From assembly GCA_964016885.1 (NCBI GenBank), contig OZ024755.1, forward strand, positions 34,410,001-34,474,000: a stretch of DNA of 64,000 bases, given 5' to 3'. Below the pieces are notes generated by a model. The model was not told where the DNA came from. It ran no database searches and was given only the letters and a program-made list of their open reading frames with translations. The number at the start of each line of letters is the position of its first letter. Positions within the stretch are counted from its first letter, which is position 1. This stretch comes from Eledone cirrhosa (Eukaryota). Shown here in pieces: positions 25,385-37,610 of the stretch. The position numbers and the translations under genes were made by a program.

Positions 25385-26682
25385 TAAGTATTTTTGCAGC
25401 TGAAGATAACCTAAAAAAAAGTTGTGTTCTTTCAACAACATTCTAAACTAGACAATTTATAGAAAGACAAAGAAAATAAACATCATATGAAATATTGCAC
25501 TTTTAGATTCGAAGAACATTGCAGTCAAGTGTCAAAGACATCATTATCCTTTTACATCCATGTTTTGCACGTTCCCTGCACAGATTGTTGCTGTGTCATG
25601 TTTGTAGTGATATATTAATCAAAATTGAAACCTCACCCTGATCAATCAAGTCGAAAACTGATACTCTGGCTGGCCAGTGCAATAGGAACAGTTGAAAATC
25701 ATTCAATTAATATTTTATCAAACACAACATGAATGACTCCATTCTCTTCACAGTGAGAAAATCTATCATGCTTAACATTCAAATATATCTTCCCTTTATG
25801 TATATTAATAAATTTCTTATTTAACATCTATCATAAGCTATGACTCAGTTCAGCAGCGAATTTCCATCATTTTTATAGACTTCATATATTTTTGTTAAAA
25901 ATTATTGTTGGTGAAGGTTGTTGTGTCTTCTAGCTGAATGTATCTCTTCTTCACCCCAAACCCATCGCAATACACAAATAAGAAGCTCTGTTCATAGTGT
26001 CTTACTTCTAAATATGCTATATAGCAAGTTTGTTGCCTCCATATATCTAGATTAAGCATCCAGATAATCCATGCATGCATTATTTCGGCTCCTTTCGGAT
26101 ATTGTTACTGAAGTTGAACCCTACGTTATCCCTGTTCAGTAAAACCTATGATCAAAGTCATTCTGACCATGGCAAACTCATCTCTTTTCTTCATGTTGTG
26201 TATTTAAGATTATATTATTCAATATTTTGAAGATGGTAGGATATGATTTCAGAGAGTTTGGCCAACTATTTATAGCAGATTAACTTTTTTGTTACTACGC
26301 TTCTAATAAAAGACAATGCCTAAGTTTTCAAATACATTTGAAAATAATCAGTAATTTAGAGGAATTTGGTAATATAACTGTCTCGTTATTAAGCTATTGT
26401 TTGAAACATAATTTAACAAGCTCACCCAGTATACAAATGCACATCTCCAGCCAATATTCTATTTGTGGTAAATGCAAACGAGCATCTCCAGCTGTTGCTT
26501 CATAAACGAAAATTATATAAGCTATAGTTTATTCTTGTCTTAGTACTGATTGATTAAATATCACTTATGGTAGATGAAAATCCAGAAACATGTGTCTGGC
26601 ACTATCATGTGGCTACTGAGACAGCGATGACATGATCAGGACTTAAAATATTCATAGTTAGACTCTTGCATGTTTATTACAT

Positions 26683-27015
26683 ATGGAGGCACATGGCTTA
26701 GTGGTTAGAGCATTGGCCTTGCAATCGAAAGGTTGTGAGTTCAATTCTCAGACCGGGTGATGTGTTGTTTCCTTGAGCAAGACACTTTATTTTACATTGC
26801 TCCAGTTTACTCAGCTGTAGAAATGAGATGATAGGGACTGGGGGCCCTAGCATTCCACTGTAAAGTGGACGTGTAGGCGCCACGGCAACAAAAGCACCCA
26901 GCACTCACTGTAAATGAGGTTGGTGTTAGGAAGGGCATCAAGCTAGAATCAGTTCCCGTCCCACCCTTGCAAGCAGGGAAAAGCAGACGTAAAATGTTGA
27001 TGATGATGATGATGA
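26683..27015 (+). mobile_element. SINE family B
   Basis: Full-length copy. Confidence 0.92.
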
Positions 27016-27303
27016 ACTGTATCGTATATAGCTTCATATATATTTTTATTGTGAACCACGCTATGTTAGTGCTACTGTTAAACAAAAACTTTCTTTCGCC
27101 ACTTCCTTTTAACCTCATCCCAAGGACAGAGAAGGCTCATTGAAAAATGATGTTATAAATCTTTTTTTTAAATTCCAAAACTCAACTGACCAAAAACATT
27201 AACTCTTCTTACCACCTTCATCTCACCTAGAATCTTCAGCCATTTTGCAGACTAGATTGACTACAATACTGTTAAAACTACTCTCAAAGTTTCTTGGCTT
27301 GCT

Positions 27304-27730
27304 TTAACCCTTAAGCATTTAAATCAGCCATATCCGGCCAGAATTCTCTCACCTCTTTCTACTCAAACCTACCATATCAGGCCGCTCATACTTATGTTAA
27401 GGTATTGTTCTCAAAATAAATAATATCAAAATCTCATAGATTCGATATTATGTAAAATAATTATGTGAGGTAAAGCTTTTACCATGAAAATATAATTGTT
27501 TCTACTTTAGGCACAAGGCCAGCAATTACCCAGTGCATTACTGGTACTTTATTTTATCGACCCCGTAAGGATGAAAGGCAAAGTCAACCTTGGCGGGATT
27601 TGAACTCAGATCGTAAAGGGACGTAACTATGCTGGAAAGCATGGCGTCCGACCCTCTACCGATACTGCCAATCCACCGCCAATGAAAATATAATGGTATA
27701 TATAGAGTAATGGAAATGCTAAAGGGTTAA
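27304..27730 (-). mobile_element. piggyBac-like MITE containing a family A SINE (27497-27681)
   Basis: Both MITE TIRs present; SINE flanked by 13-bp TSD ATGAAAATATAAT (27484-27496 and 27682-27694). Confidence 0.9.
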
Positions 27731-28720
27731 ATATTTTTAGTAGGAAACACCAGTATTCTCTGTTGTAGCATATAGAGTATGCATGACTGTTTATATGTAC
27801 AAGATGTGTTTTTTGTAATGTAAAAAGACTTGAACCTTCAATTTACAGTCACCAAAATACAAAACTTGACTGCACTTTCATTGTTCGGCAGAATTTAATT
27901 GCAGTCACAAAAACAATGAAGTGAAGAATTTGACTTTTATATCACATTTGCACAGAACCTAACTGTACACTTTGAATTTAAAGATATAAATGTTGATGTG
28001 TGTTGAAAGGAAAGCATTAGAGATTTATTTATTTCTACAATTCCATCTGACCACAAAGTTATGAAAACTTTTTATTAGTTTGGGAAGAAACAATCACCCA
28101 GGTTTGTTCCTTGGAAGTGGCTCAGACAAATGCTGAACTTTACCAGAGATCTTCACTTCATCTCAATGCTCTACTTGGAACTGCAGGTAAACTAGAGTCC
28201 AACTCCCTTTGCAATGAGTATGCTATTAGCATCATGCAGAAGTCAAACAACAGACAGAGATTCTATTTTTATGCAAGTCCTGTCTGCACTATTTCTCCAA
28301 CAAAGAACAAAACTTGCCACAATTGCAAAAAACATAGGATATCTTTTATATAAGTATGTTAGTCAAAAAGAACTCCAACATCAGCATTTACAACCTCCCT
28401 CTGTTTCTGCAAATGCACACCAAGAAAACAAAACTTGAAAACTCTGCTCTCAGCAAATCTGTGGCTAAGCAATGTATTGATACTTTACTTAACAATGGTT
28501 ATGCAACCAGTTGAGAATGTTTTCACGAATCTACAACTCCCAATACTCGATAATGTCTCCAAATTGGACTCACAACTCAATATAAGTAAACTGTGTCCTC
28601 ATTTCCCTGTATTTCAAATATCTTTTACATGTGTTTCGTTTTTTTTTTTGTTGTTGTTTTTTTATGAAATGCATTTTCTAAACTTGTATATGTTTCTCTG
28701 TAATTCTGATTGTAACTTCC

Positions 28721-29068
28721 TTAACCCTTTAGCATTTAAGCCGTTCATATCCGGCCAGAATTCTCTCACCTTTTTCTCTTCAAACCGGCTGTAACTGGCT
28801 GCTCATACTGACATTAAGGTCTTCTCTTGTGATGCTAAACTTCACCAGTTGCAGACTGCGCATCAATATGAGATATTTTTCTCCACAAAGTTCGATCACC
28901 AGCAGCAGAGTTTAAAGAGCAAAGATCAAGTCCAATCCATTTTAAGGTATTGTTCTCAAAATAAATAATATCAAAATTTCATAGATTCGATATTATGAGA
29001 GACAATTAAAACCTTTATCATGAAAATTCAATAGTATATATAAAGTAATGTAAATGGTAAAGGCTTAG
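28721..29068 (-). mobile_element. piggyBac-like MITE within the Gypsy relic, itself carrying a 121-bp LINE 3' end (28821-28941)
   Basis: MITE TIRs; insert flanked by TTAAGGT duplication; insert minus strand reads AAGDRTLWRKI..*. Confidence 0.8.
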
Positions 29069-29307
29069 ACTAACAGTATCACTGTTAAATTTAACTAATA
29101 TTTTATTACCTTGTAGTATATATAGAGTAATGTAAATGCTAAAGAGTTAAAAGAAAAGACATTACTGTATTTAACATGGAAGAGTGTTAAAAAATCTTCC
29201 TATGTTCCTATGTTGGTGAAACTTCCTATTTTCAGCACCTACACAAAGCTTCAAAACCAAATGATACAAATTGTGTCACTTTTCTCCAATTGATGAAACA
29301 CTTATTT

Positions 29308-29493
29308 AATTGTTTCTACTTTAGGCACAAGGCCAGCAATTACCAGTACATTACTGGTACTTTATTTTATCGACCCCGTAAGGATGAAAGGCAAAGTCAA
29401 CCTCGGCGGGATTTGAACTCAGATGGTAAAGGGACGTAACTATGCTGGAAAGCATGGCGTCCGACCCTCTACCGATACTGCCAATCCACCGCC
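29308..29493 (-). mobile_element. SINE family A within the Gypsy relic
   Basis: Full copy; TSD-like CTTATTTA. Confidence 0.9.
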
Positions 29494-30589
29494 CTTATTT
29501 ACACTTATTTAAACACTTATTTAATGAGAGACAAAATATCTTATTGATGAATACAGGTGGGAGTATGTGAAAACAGTGACAAACAATGTTTGATTATTGA
29601 CTAGTCAAACAATCAACAGCCACTACTTTCTAGATGTCTAACCACATAGTACTGAAGATCTTGTACATTCGATTTCCTACAATAAATTTTACAACAAACT
29701 TGAAAGCATCATACTATCAGATTTCACTCCAAACAGAAATAAGAAATACACTGCTTGTAAGCAGGGTAATTTATTTTATTAGGTACCCTTTGGAGTGATT
29801 AATGTTACAAGTGCCTTCCAAAGGGTGATGAATCACATTACTGACAACATCAAAAGAACTGATATCTATCTTGGCGATGTTATTGTAGTTGGTAAAACTA
29901 TTGAAGAACATGACAAGAAATTTGGCCGAATTTATTTCAGTCACTAAAAGGACTAAACATTACTTTAAACAATAACAAATGTCTTCTCTGTCAAATATCC
30001 ATTTGTTACTTAGGATACAAAACAGAAAGTAATTTGTTTAAACCTGATTCAAAAGGATTGAATGAAACTCCATTGGTTAGTTGATTCCAAACAATGCTAA
30101 ATAACTACATTACTAGGGTTATTTAAATATAATTCTAAATGGGAGTCTCATTTTTAAAATAAAAACTAATTCAATCCCATCAAACTCTTAATTTACCCCT
30201 ATAAAAGAGACACCTAGATATTATCACTCTTACCTATCTTACCAGAAGATTTACTACCTGTTGAGACCTCTGCTTCTGGAACTACAATTCACAGTGTAAT
30301 AAACCTGTCAATTTCTTCTCTAGAACTCATTCTTTTCCTGGACAATATCTCTCAGCAATTGAAAGACAAGAATATCAAGAAATGTTGAAACAAATTCGCA
30401 TTAGAAACTAACCAACATCTTCAGTGATAAAAATAAAAGTAAGCTGCAGAAGGACAACATTCTGTATTGGTATATAGATTATTGTACAACATTTATGATA
30501 CCTAACAGGTATCTGGAAAAGATATGAAATTTAAAAATCCATTAGGGATCAGTTCAAAAAACCCATCCCCTTTTTTTTCTTTTTGTAGT

Positions 30590-30784
30590 TCTTAGCATTT
30601 AAACTAGCTGTATCCGGCCAGAATTCTCTCACCTCTTTCTGTCCAAACCGGCTGTAACCAGCTGCTCATACTGATATTAAGGTATTGTTCTCAAAATAAA
30701 TAATATCAAAATCTCATAGACTCAATATTATGTGAGATAAAGCCTTTACTGTAAAAATACAATAGTAAATGCCTAGGGATTAAA
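30590..30784 (-). mobile_element. piggyBac-like MITE copy
   Basis: Conserved body, degenerate ends. Confidence 0.8.
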
Positions 30785-30794
30785 ATTAAGTGTA

Positions 30795-31100
30795 CATGAG
30801 AATGCCTGTATGCTGATGACCTAGTACTTATAGTTGAAGATGGGGAGATGTAGGGATGACATTCTGGAGATAGAAGCAAAACCTATAATCATATGGTCTG
30901 AAGGTCAATTTAGGAAAGACTAGAGTTTTAATGAGTCAAAAATATGATAATATCCTGCTGCCACAAGAGAAATGGTTTTGTTCAGTATGGAGAAAAAGGC
31001 ATAGATAGATATTCCATACTGTGAACCCAATGTAAGCTTTGAATATACAAGAAGCATAGTGGGATCACAGACAGGCTGACCGAGAAGGTAGAGGATGAGG
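30795..31100 (+). mobile_element. Decayed RTE RT fragment
   Basis: LYADDLVLIVE, GLKVNLGKTRVLM, SGITDRLT. Confidence 0.8.
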
Positions 31101-31136
31101 TTGTCTTTCTGTTATTACATGGGGCAAAAACCAATC

Positions 31137-31366
31137 TTAACCCTTTAGCATTTACATTACTCTATATATAGTATTTTATTTTTCACAGTTAACACTTTAT
31201 CTCACATAATTACCTCACATAATATTGAATCTATGAGATTTTGATATTATTTATTTTGAGAACAATACCTTAACATCAGTATAAGCGGCCAGTTAAAGCT
31301 AGTTTAAACAGAGAGAGATGAGAGAATTCTGGCCAGATATTGCCGGTTTAAATGCTAAAGGGTTAA
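31137..31366 (+). mobile_element. piggyBac-like MITE (full length)
   Basis: TTAA|CCCTTTAGCATTTA...TAAATGCTAAAGGG|TTAA. Confidence 0.93.
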
Positions 31367-32022
31367 AGCAAAATAACCCACTGGTTTGGGTCAGTATAAA
31401 GAATTGTCTAAAGTGTCAGAAAGATATTTCTCTCCCAATTTTGAGAAAGCTAGACATAGAAGAAAGAAGGTGAACATTCACTTTCATGTCAAATTTACTG
31501 AACTTCGTTTTGATGGCTTTTTGAGATTTGGGCACTGACAGGCATTTAAAGACATAGTATTATTGGCCTCCAACTTAAACAAATTTTTATATATGTCTAA
31601 AGAAATTAGATGTCAACATTCATATTACACATTTATTTTAAAATCCTTACTCAAAAGATCTTCCCTAAATGGAATACCACAGAAAGAAATTTATAGAACT
31701 AGAATTTTTTTTCCATATGCTGACGCGTATGTGTGTATATATATGTGCGTGTGTGTGCATATGCATACAGTTATTTATGTGTGTGAGTATATAAATATAG
31801 ATGTGCAAACACAGACACACTTACAAAAATACACTCACAGACATACATTCACACAAACACACACAAATATATTTACACAAACACACAGCATAGTTTTTTC
31901 ACCACCCCCTTCCTTCCTTTTACACACACACACATTCACGCAGGCAGCAGATGTAAAGAGAGAGGAGTAGTATGAGGTAGTCAAACTACTCCTTTCTATG
32001 TGTTGTGACAGAATCACAGAAA

Positions 32023-32132
32023 TCTATATATAATATAAAATCGGTCGGTCAGTTGAATCACACAAAAACTACACACGCACACACATCTAAAGAAAGGTAG
32101 AGGCAGAGAGGCAGAGAGAGAGAGAGAGAGAC

Positions 32133-32174
<42 letters not shown>

Positions 32175-32764
32175 ACAGAGAGTGACAGAAAGAGAGACAC
32201 ACAGAGAGTGACAGAGAGAGAGTGACGTCCCACAAAGGTTTAGACTCAGTTTAACCCTTTAATGTTCAAACCGGCCAAAACCGGCCAGAATTCTCTACCT
32301 CTTTCTGTTGAAACTGGCTGTAACTGGTTGCTCAAACTGATGTTAAGATTTTGTTCTCAAAATAGATACTTTCAAAATCTCATAGATTCAATATTATGTG
32401 AGATAATTAAGCGAGGTAAAGCCTTTACCATGAAAATATAATAGTATATATAAAATAATGTGAATGCTAAAGGGTTAAACTGCATTTCAGACGACATCCT
32501 TTGGAGCTGGAAAAGATCATACTGACTAGGGTTATTTCACAACATTTAAAATCCAAGGCAATGCTACCGTTTAATCGGCAGTTTATTCCTCCAGCCTAAT
32601 AAGAAAGTTTTATGATTGTTTTTTCTATGTCTTTCTCTCACAAACACACACATTACAGTCTCACCTCATACTGTAACCCTGACAACACATCCAATACAGT
32701 CGTTTTCTCTTTCATCCGTCTCCTCTTAACTGCTCTCCCGGGCAAAGCCAGGTACCTCAGCTGG
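32023..32764 (+). mobile_element. Putative non-autonomous Helitron
   Basis: A|TCTATATATAATATAAAA 5' end; 3' hairpin CCCGGGCAAAGCCAGG then CTGG|T; internal (GA)n and a MITE. Confidence 0.55.
32251..32478 (-). mobile_element. piggyBac-like MITE
   Basis: TTAA|CCCTTTAATG...ATGCTAAAGGG|TTAA. Confidence 0.9.
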
Positions 32765-33131
32765 TTTATATATAGATAAAACAGATGCTAGTCAATAGGA
32801 AGCATATAAATAATTTGGTAGACTAAACTATAGAACAATACAGAAAGGAAACCAACACAATACATAAAATAAACAAATCAGCCAGTTGAAATGAATAAAC
32901 TATGGATAAAGCATATTACATGAAACAAATAACAGCCTAGATAGAGTATAGATAACAGCATTAACAGAAAACACACCAAACAGAATATTACCTGTATAAG
33001 CTAACATAAATAATATAAAGTACTGAATAGATTTTAGATCACCAAGGTAAGTTACAAATTCATGTGAAAACAGGAATGTTGTAAACTTCATACATCTATC
33101 ACATTGGCAACATAAATACTGCACTCTTATA

Positions 33132-33472
33132 TCATCATCATCATCAACATTTTACGTCCGCTTTTCCCTGCTTGCAAGGGTGGGACGGGAATTGATTCTG
33201 GCTTGATTTCTACAGCTGGATGCCCTTCCTAACACCAACCTCATTTACAGTGAGTGCTGGGTGCTTTTTTGCCGTGGCACCTCCACGTCCACCTTGCAGT
33301 GGAATGGTAGGGACCCCAGTCCCTATCATTTCATTTCTACAGCTGAGTAAACTGGAGCAATGTGAAATAAAGTGTCTTGCTCAAGGAAACAACACATCAC
33401 CTGGTCTGAGAATTGAACTCACAACCTTTCAATTGCAAGGCCAATGCTCTAACCACTAAGCCATGTGCCTCC
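33132..33472 (-). mobile_element. SINE family B
   Basis: Full-length copy. Confidence 0.92.
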
Positions 33473-33499
33473 ATTATAGATAATATATATATATATATA

Positions 33500-33835
33500 A
33501 ACGACCAAGCATGCACGAGTTGAGAAAGAAACTGTGTCTGAGAGGGATAAGCTGTAGTGTGCGAGCGAGAAGACTGCGATGGTATGGACATGTGATGCGC
33601 ATGGAGGATGACCGCTGGGTAAAGAAGTGCCAAGAAATCCCAGTGGAAAGAAGATGCAGAAGGGGTAGACCACGTAAAACATGGGCGGAGGTGGTGCGAG
33701 CAGACCTCAGATCACTGAAGCCCACGGAGGAGAGGATGAAGGGCCGTGACGGGTGGAGAGATGCTGTGCTGAATAGGATCCGCCCAACCCTTGCAAGCAG
33801 GGAAAAGTGGACGTAAAATGATGATGGTAATGATA
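33500..33835 (+). mobile_element. RTE LINE 3' fragment (short-tail subfamily)
   Basis: RRLRWYGHVMRMEDDRWVKKC..GRPRKTW..RDGWR; tail CCCTTGCAAGCAGGGAAAAGTGGACGTAAAATGATG shared with SINE B. Confidence 0.9.
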
Positions 33836-33946
33836 TATATATATAAGTTGCTATTTACTTTCTTTGTTTCTTTTATGTTTATTACGATAGTCTCTGCGTG
33901 TATGTTTATAGGTATTGTTGAATATATATTTACATATATATATATT

Positions 33947-33991
<45 letters not shown>

Positions 33992-34016
33992 ATATTTACA
34001 TATATATATATATATT

Positions 34017-34083
<67 letters not shown>

Positions 34084-34106
34084 ATATTTACATATATATA
34101 TATATT

Positions 34107-34159
<53 letters not shown>

Positions 34160-34259
34160 CCAAAGATTAATGTGGTTCATTGATTACTCAATGAATATAG
34201 TTTTACAATAGATTAAAAGCACTCTACAGTGAAGTTTTCTGGAGTTATTTCTGGAGTTA

Positions 34260-35982
34260 TTTCGTCGACTTGGAGAAAGCCTTCGACAGAGTCCCCCATT
34301 CCATTATCTGGTGGTCTCTTAGAAAACTAGGTGTTGACGAATGGCTTGTGAGAGCTATACAAGCCATGTATAAAGAAACAGTCAGTAAGGTTAGAATTAA
34401 CAACGAATATAGTGAAGAGTTTAGCGTAAAAGTTGGTGTCCATCAGGGCTCTGTTCTTAGCTCCCTACTATTTATTATTGCCCTTCAGGCTATAACAGAG
34501 GAGTTCAAGACCGGCTGCCCATGGGAACTCCTATACGCAGATGATCTAACGCTCATAGCTGAATCAATGACCGAACTAGAGAAGAAATTCCAAACATGGA
34601 AGCACGGCCTAGAATCAAAAGGCCTTAAAATTAACCTGGCTAAGACTAAAGTTCTAGTTTGTAGGAAAGAAAATAAGGCGGCAGTCCCATCTGGGAAATG
34701 GCCATGCTCAGTGTGTAGGAAAGGCGTAGGTAGAAACTCCATTTTATGTCCCAAATGCAAAGTATGGGTGCATAAAAGATGTAGTGGGATCACAGGTAAG
34801 CTAACTAAGAACATAGATTTTACATGTGGCCGGTGCTCTGGTGCAATAAGTAGCAGCAAGTGCCCACAAAATACTAGCTCCTTCAACTGCGCAGAGGGTT
34901 CTATAGAAATAGTGGACAGCTTCCGTTACCTGGGTGACAAAATCAGCAGTGGGGGAGGGTGCTCTGAAAGTACAGTAGCTAGAGTCAGAACTGGATAGAA
35001 AAAGTTCAGAGAGCTTATACCACTATTAGCCGCTAGAGGGTTCTCCCTAAAAATGAAAGGCAGGTTATACGATGCCTGCATACGAACAGCAATGCTGCAT
35101 GGCAGTGAGACATGGGCATTGTGTGCAGAGGATATACGCAGACTAGAGAGGAACGAAGCTTGCATGCTCCGCTGGATGTGCAATAGTAATATACGTGAAC
35201 GGCAAAGCATAAACGGACTAAGGAAAAAATTAGAAATAAGAGGGATCAGATGTTGTTTACTCGAGAGAAGGCTACGTTGGTACGGACACGTGATGCGCAT
35301 GAAAGACGACAGCTGTATAACAAAGTGCAGGGCAATAAAGATAGACGGTAGCCACGGAGTAGGCAGACCCAGAAAAACATGGGACGAGCTGATAAATTCC
35401 GACCTCACACACTTACACCTCTCCAAGACAATGTCACTGGACCGAGACCTTTGGCGGTACTCAGTAATAGAGAAGACCCGCCTTACCTAAATACAAAGTA
35501 AAAACCTACTACAGTCAGTAGGCATCTCTATCAAAACACCCCCCGTCCCACCACCTCCACCCCATCCACACCGCCCCTTTCAATGTAAAGTTATGTTGGT
35601 CCCACAACATCCAGGCCGAAACAAATGAGTGTCACGACAAAAAAACACACAGTCCACGCTGTAAATGTGGCCGTGTAGGCAACACGGTAAAAACCTCCCA
35701 GCCCCACACTGTAAATGTGGTTGGTGTTAGGAAGGGCATCCAGCTGTAGAAAACCCGCCAGACAGTCCACGCTGTAATGTGGCCGTGTAGGCAACACGGT
35801 AAAAACCTCCCAGTCCCACACTGTAAATGTGGTTGGTGTTAGGAAGGGCATCCAACTGTAGAAAACCCGCCAGACAGTCCTATGCGAGCAAGACAACCAC
35901 TCTTGCCTCAAGTGGGAAAACCCCCGTCCAAACCCATGCAAGCGTGGAACACGGACGCTAAACCTGATGATGATGATGATGA
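34260..35982 (+). mobile_element. 5'-truncated RTE-clade LINE (RT, PHD-type finger, C-terminal domain, 3'UTR, (GAT)n tail)
   Basis: DLEKAFDRV, GVHQGSVLS, LYADD, CSVC..C..C..HKRC..C..C, RRLRWYGHV, GRPRKTW; ORFs 34270-34998 and 35053-35490 are in frame, separated by one TAG. Confidence 0.95.
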
Positions 35983-36000
35983 TATATATATATATATATA

Positions 36001-36490
36001 TACAATATATTAATAAATGGAAACTATACTTATAAAACCATATTTATTTTATTATACATATTTGAAGGGCAACCAAGGCAAATTATGGTGCACTTTCATC
36101 AGATATAATACAGATTTGTTTTATAAATAAATATTGACATACCCGGAAAAAAAGACAACCTTAACGGTTGGAGCTTCCTGGATAGTGGAGATAGTACATT
36201 TATTGAGGGTGATACAAAGTTATGAGTGAGTATGCAAATGAGTGTCCGAAAGGTTGAAAAGATAACGGTTTATTTAAATTAAACTGTTGGAAGAAGGTGA
36301 TATGTGAGGGAGAGAGAAGAAAAAAGAAAAAAGAAAAAAAGAAAGAAAAAGGAAGGAGAAAGATAGAAGAGGAAAGAAATGCAGGATTCATTACGCACCA
36401 TAATTTGCCTTTGTTTGGTTGCCCTTGAAATATGTATAATAAAATAAATATGGTTTTATAAATATAGTTTCCATTTATTAATATATTGTA
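36001..36490. mobile_element. Penelope-like fold-back remnant with a degenerate hammerhead motif (minus strand, 36043-36112)
   Basis: Arms 36001-36091 and 36395-36490; minus strand CTGATGA-stem-CAAA-TATGTA-TA; same GAAATATGTATAATAAAATA motif as 22180. Confidence 0.6.
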
Positions 36491-36543
36491 TATTTACTCC
36501 ACTAATCAGTTATAAAATTTTTTAAATTAAATATAATCTCTGC

Positions 36544-36592
<49 letters not shown>

Positions 36593-36629
36593 AAAATATA
36601 TATATACTTTGTGTATATATATATACACA

Positions 36630-36992
36630 CACAATGCTTGGGTACACAAGAGATGTAGTGCGATAGCAGACAAACTAACAGGTAGGGAGAAATATGTTTG
36701 AAGTAGATGTACAGGAAATTTTGACAGTAGAGGTCGCAGTGATAGACACATTTTTCAAATGCAGGTAGGACCTATAGAGGTGGTTGATAGCTTCCGATAC
36801 CTAGGTTATCAGATTAGCATGGGAGGGGGGGGGGGTCCGAGCACGTAGTATCTAGAATAAGGACGGGTTGGAAGAAGTTCAGGGCACTGCTTCCTCTGTT
36901 GTCAAAGAAGGGTTTCTCCCTGCGTACGAAAGTCCGGTTATGTGATGCCTGTGTGAGATGCGCGATGCTGCAACTGGGCAGCAACTGTGGAG
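36630..36992 (+). mobile_element. RTE fragment (PHD and C-terminal region)
   Basis: AWVHKRCSAIADKLT, EVVDSFRYLGYQIS, RIRTGWKKFRALLP. Confidence 0.85.
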
Positions 36993-37050
36993 GATATGGT
37001 AGTATATATAAATATATAAAAGAAAATTTCGCTCTACATGGCTGAATACA

Positions 37051-37290
37051 ATAAATGTAATCTGAGTTTTTCGAATATTAATAATAACATTCGATTCGTT
37101 TTCAATTATGCAAACAAGCCTCAATGAACCCTTCATTCTTGCTCTTATGTTGGCATGCGAACAGAACTGCAGACACTAATGTTTCTGGGTATCAATCTAC
37201 TGACATGGCTATAAAATTGAGGCTTGTTTGCATAATTGCAAACGAATCAAATGTTATTATTAATATTCGAAAAACTCAGATTACATTTAT
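37051..37290. repeat. Inverted repeat, 75-bp arms
   Basis: 37051-37125 versus 37216-37290. Confidence 0.9.
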
Positions 37291-37357
37291 ATATATAATA
37301 TATATAATATATATACGTATATATTGGAAAATGTGTGAGATCCTTGGTACAGTTAGT

Positions 37358-37514
37358 TATATTTGAAAAAAAGGAAAAGAATGACTTCACTTGTGGTGCT
37401 AAATAATTTTATTTAATTTTATAATATAAATTTATTATAATATTATAAAATTAAATCAAATCAAATTATTTAGCACCACAAGTGAAGTCATTCTTTTCCT
37501 TTTTTTCAAATATA
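37358..37514. repeat. Near-palindrome of ~157 bp
   Basis: Arms 37358-37409 and 37463-37514; the AT-rich centre is also self-complementary. Confidence 0.9.
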
Positions 37515-37575
37515 TATATATATATATATATACAGAGAGAGAGAGAGAGTGAGAGAGAGAGAGATAGATAAGTAT

Positions 37576-37610
<35 letters not shown>

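Larger units (their letters stand above)
27830..30520 (+). mobile_element. Decayed Ty3/Gypsy LTR-retrotransposon internal region (gag, RT, RNase H)
   Basis: PTKNKTCHNCKK zinc knuckle (~28295-28335); LKASYYQI; VPFGVINVTSAFQRVMN; IYLGDVIVVGKTIEEHD (29864+); VETSASG; KPVNFFSRT; no LTRs found. Confidence 0.85.

Noticed and set aside
26683-26760. tRNA genes at SINE heads
   Set aside because: A/B boxes are present but continue into SINE body and tail; no complete cloverleaf evident
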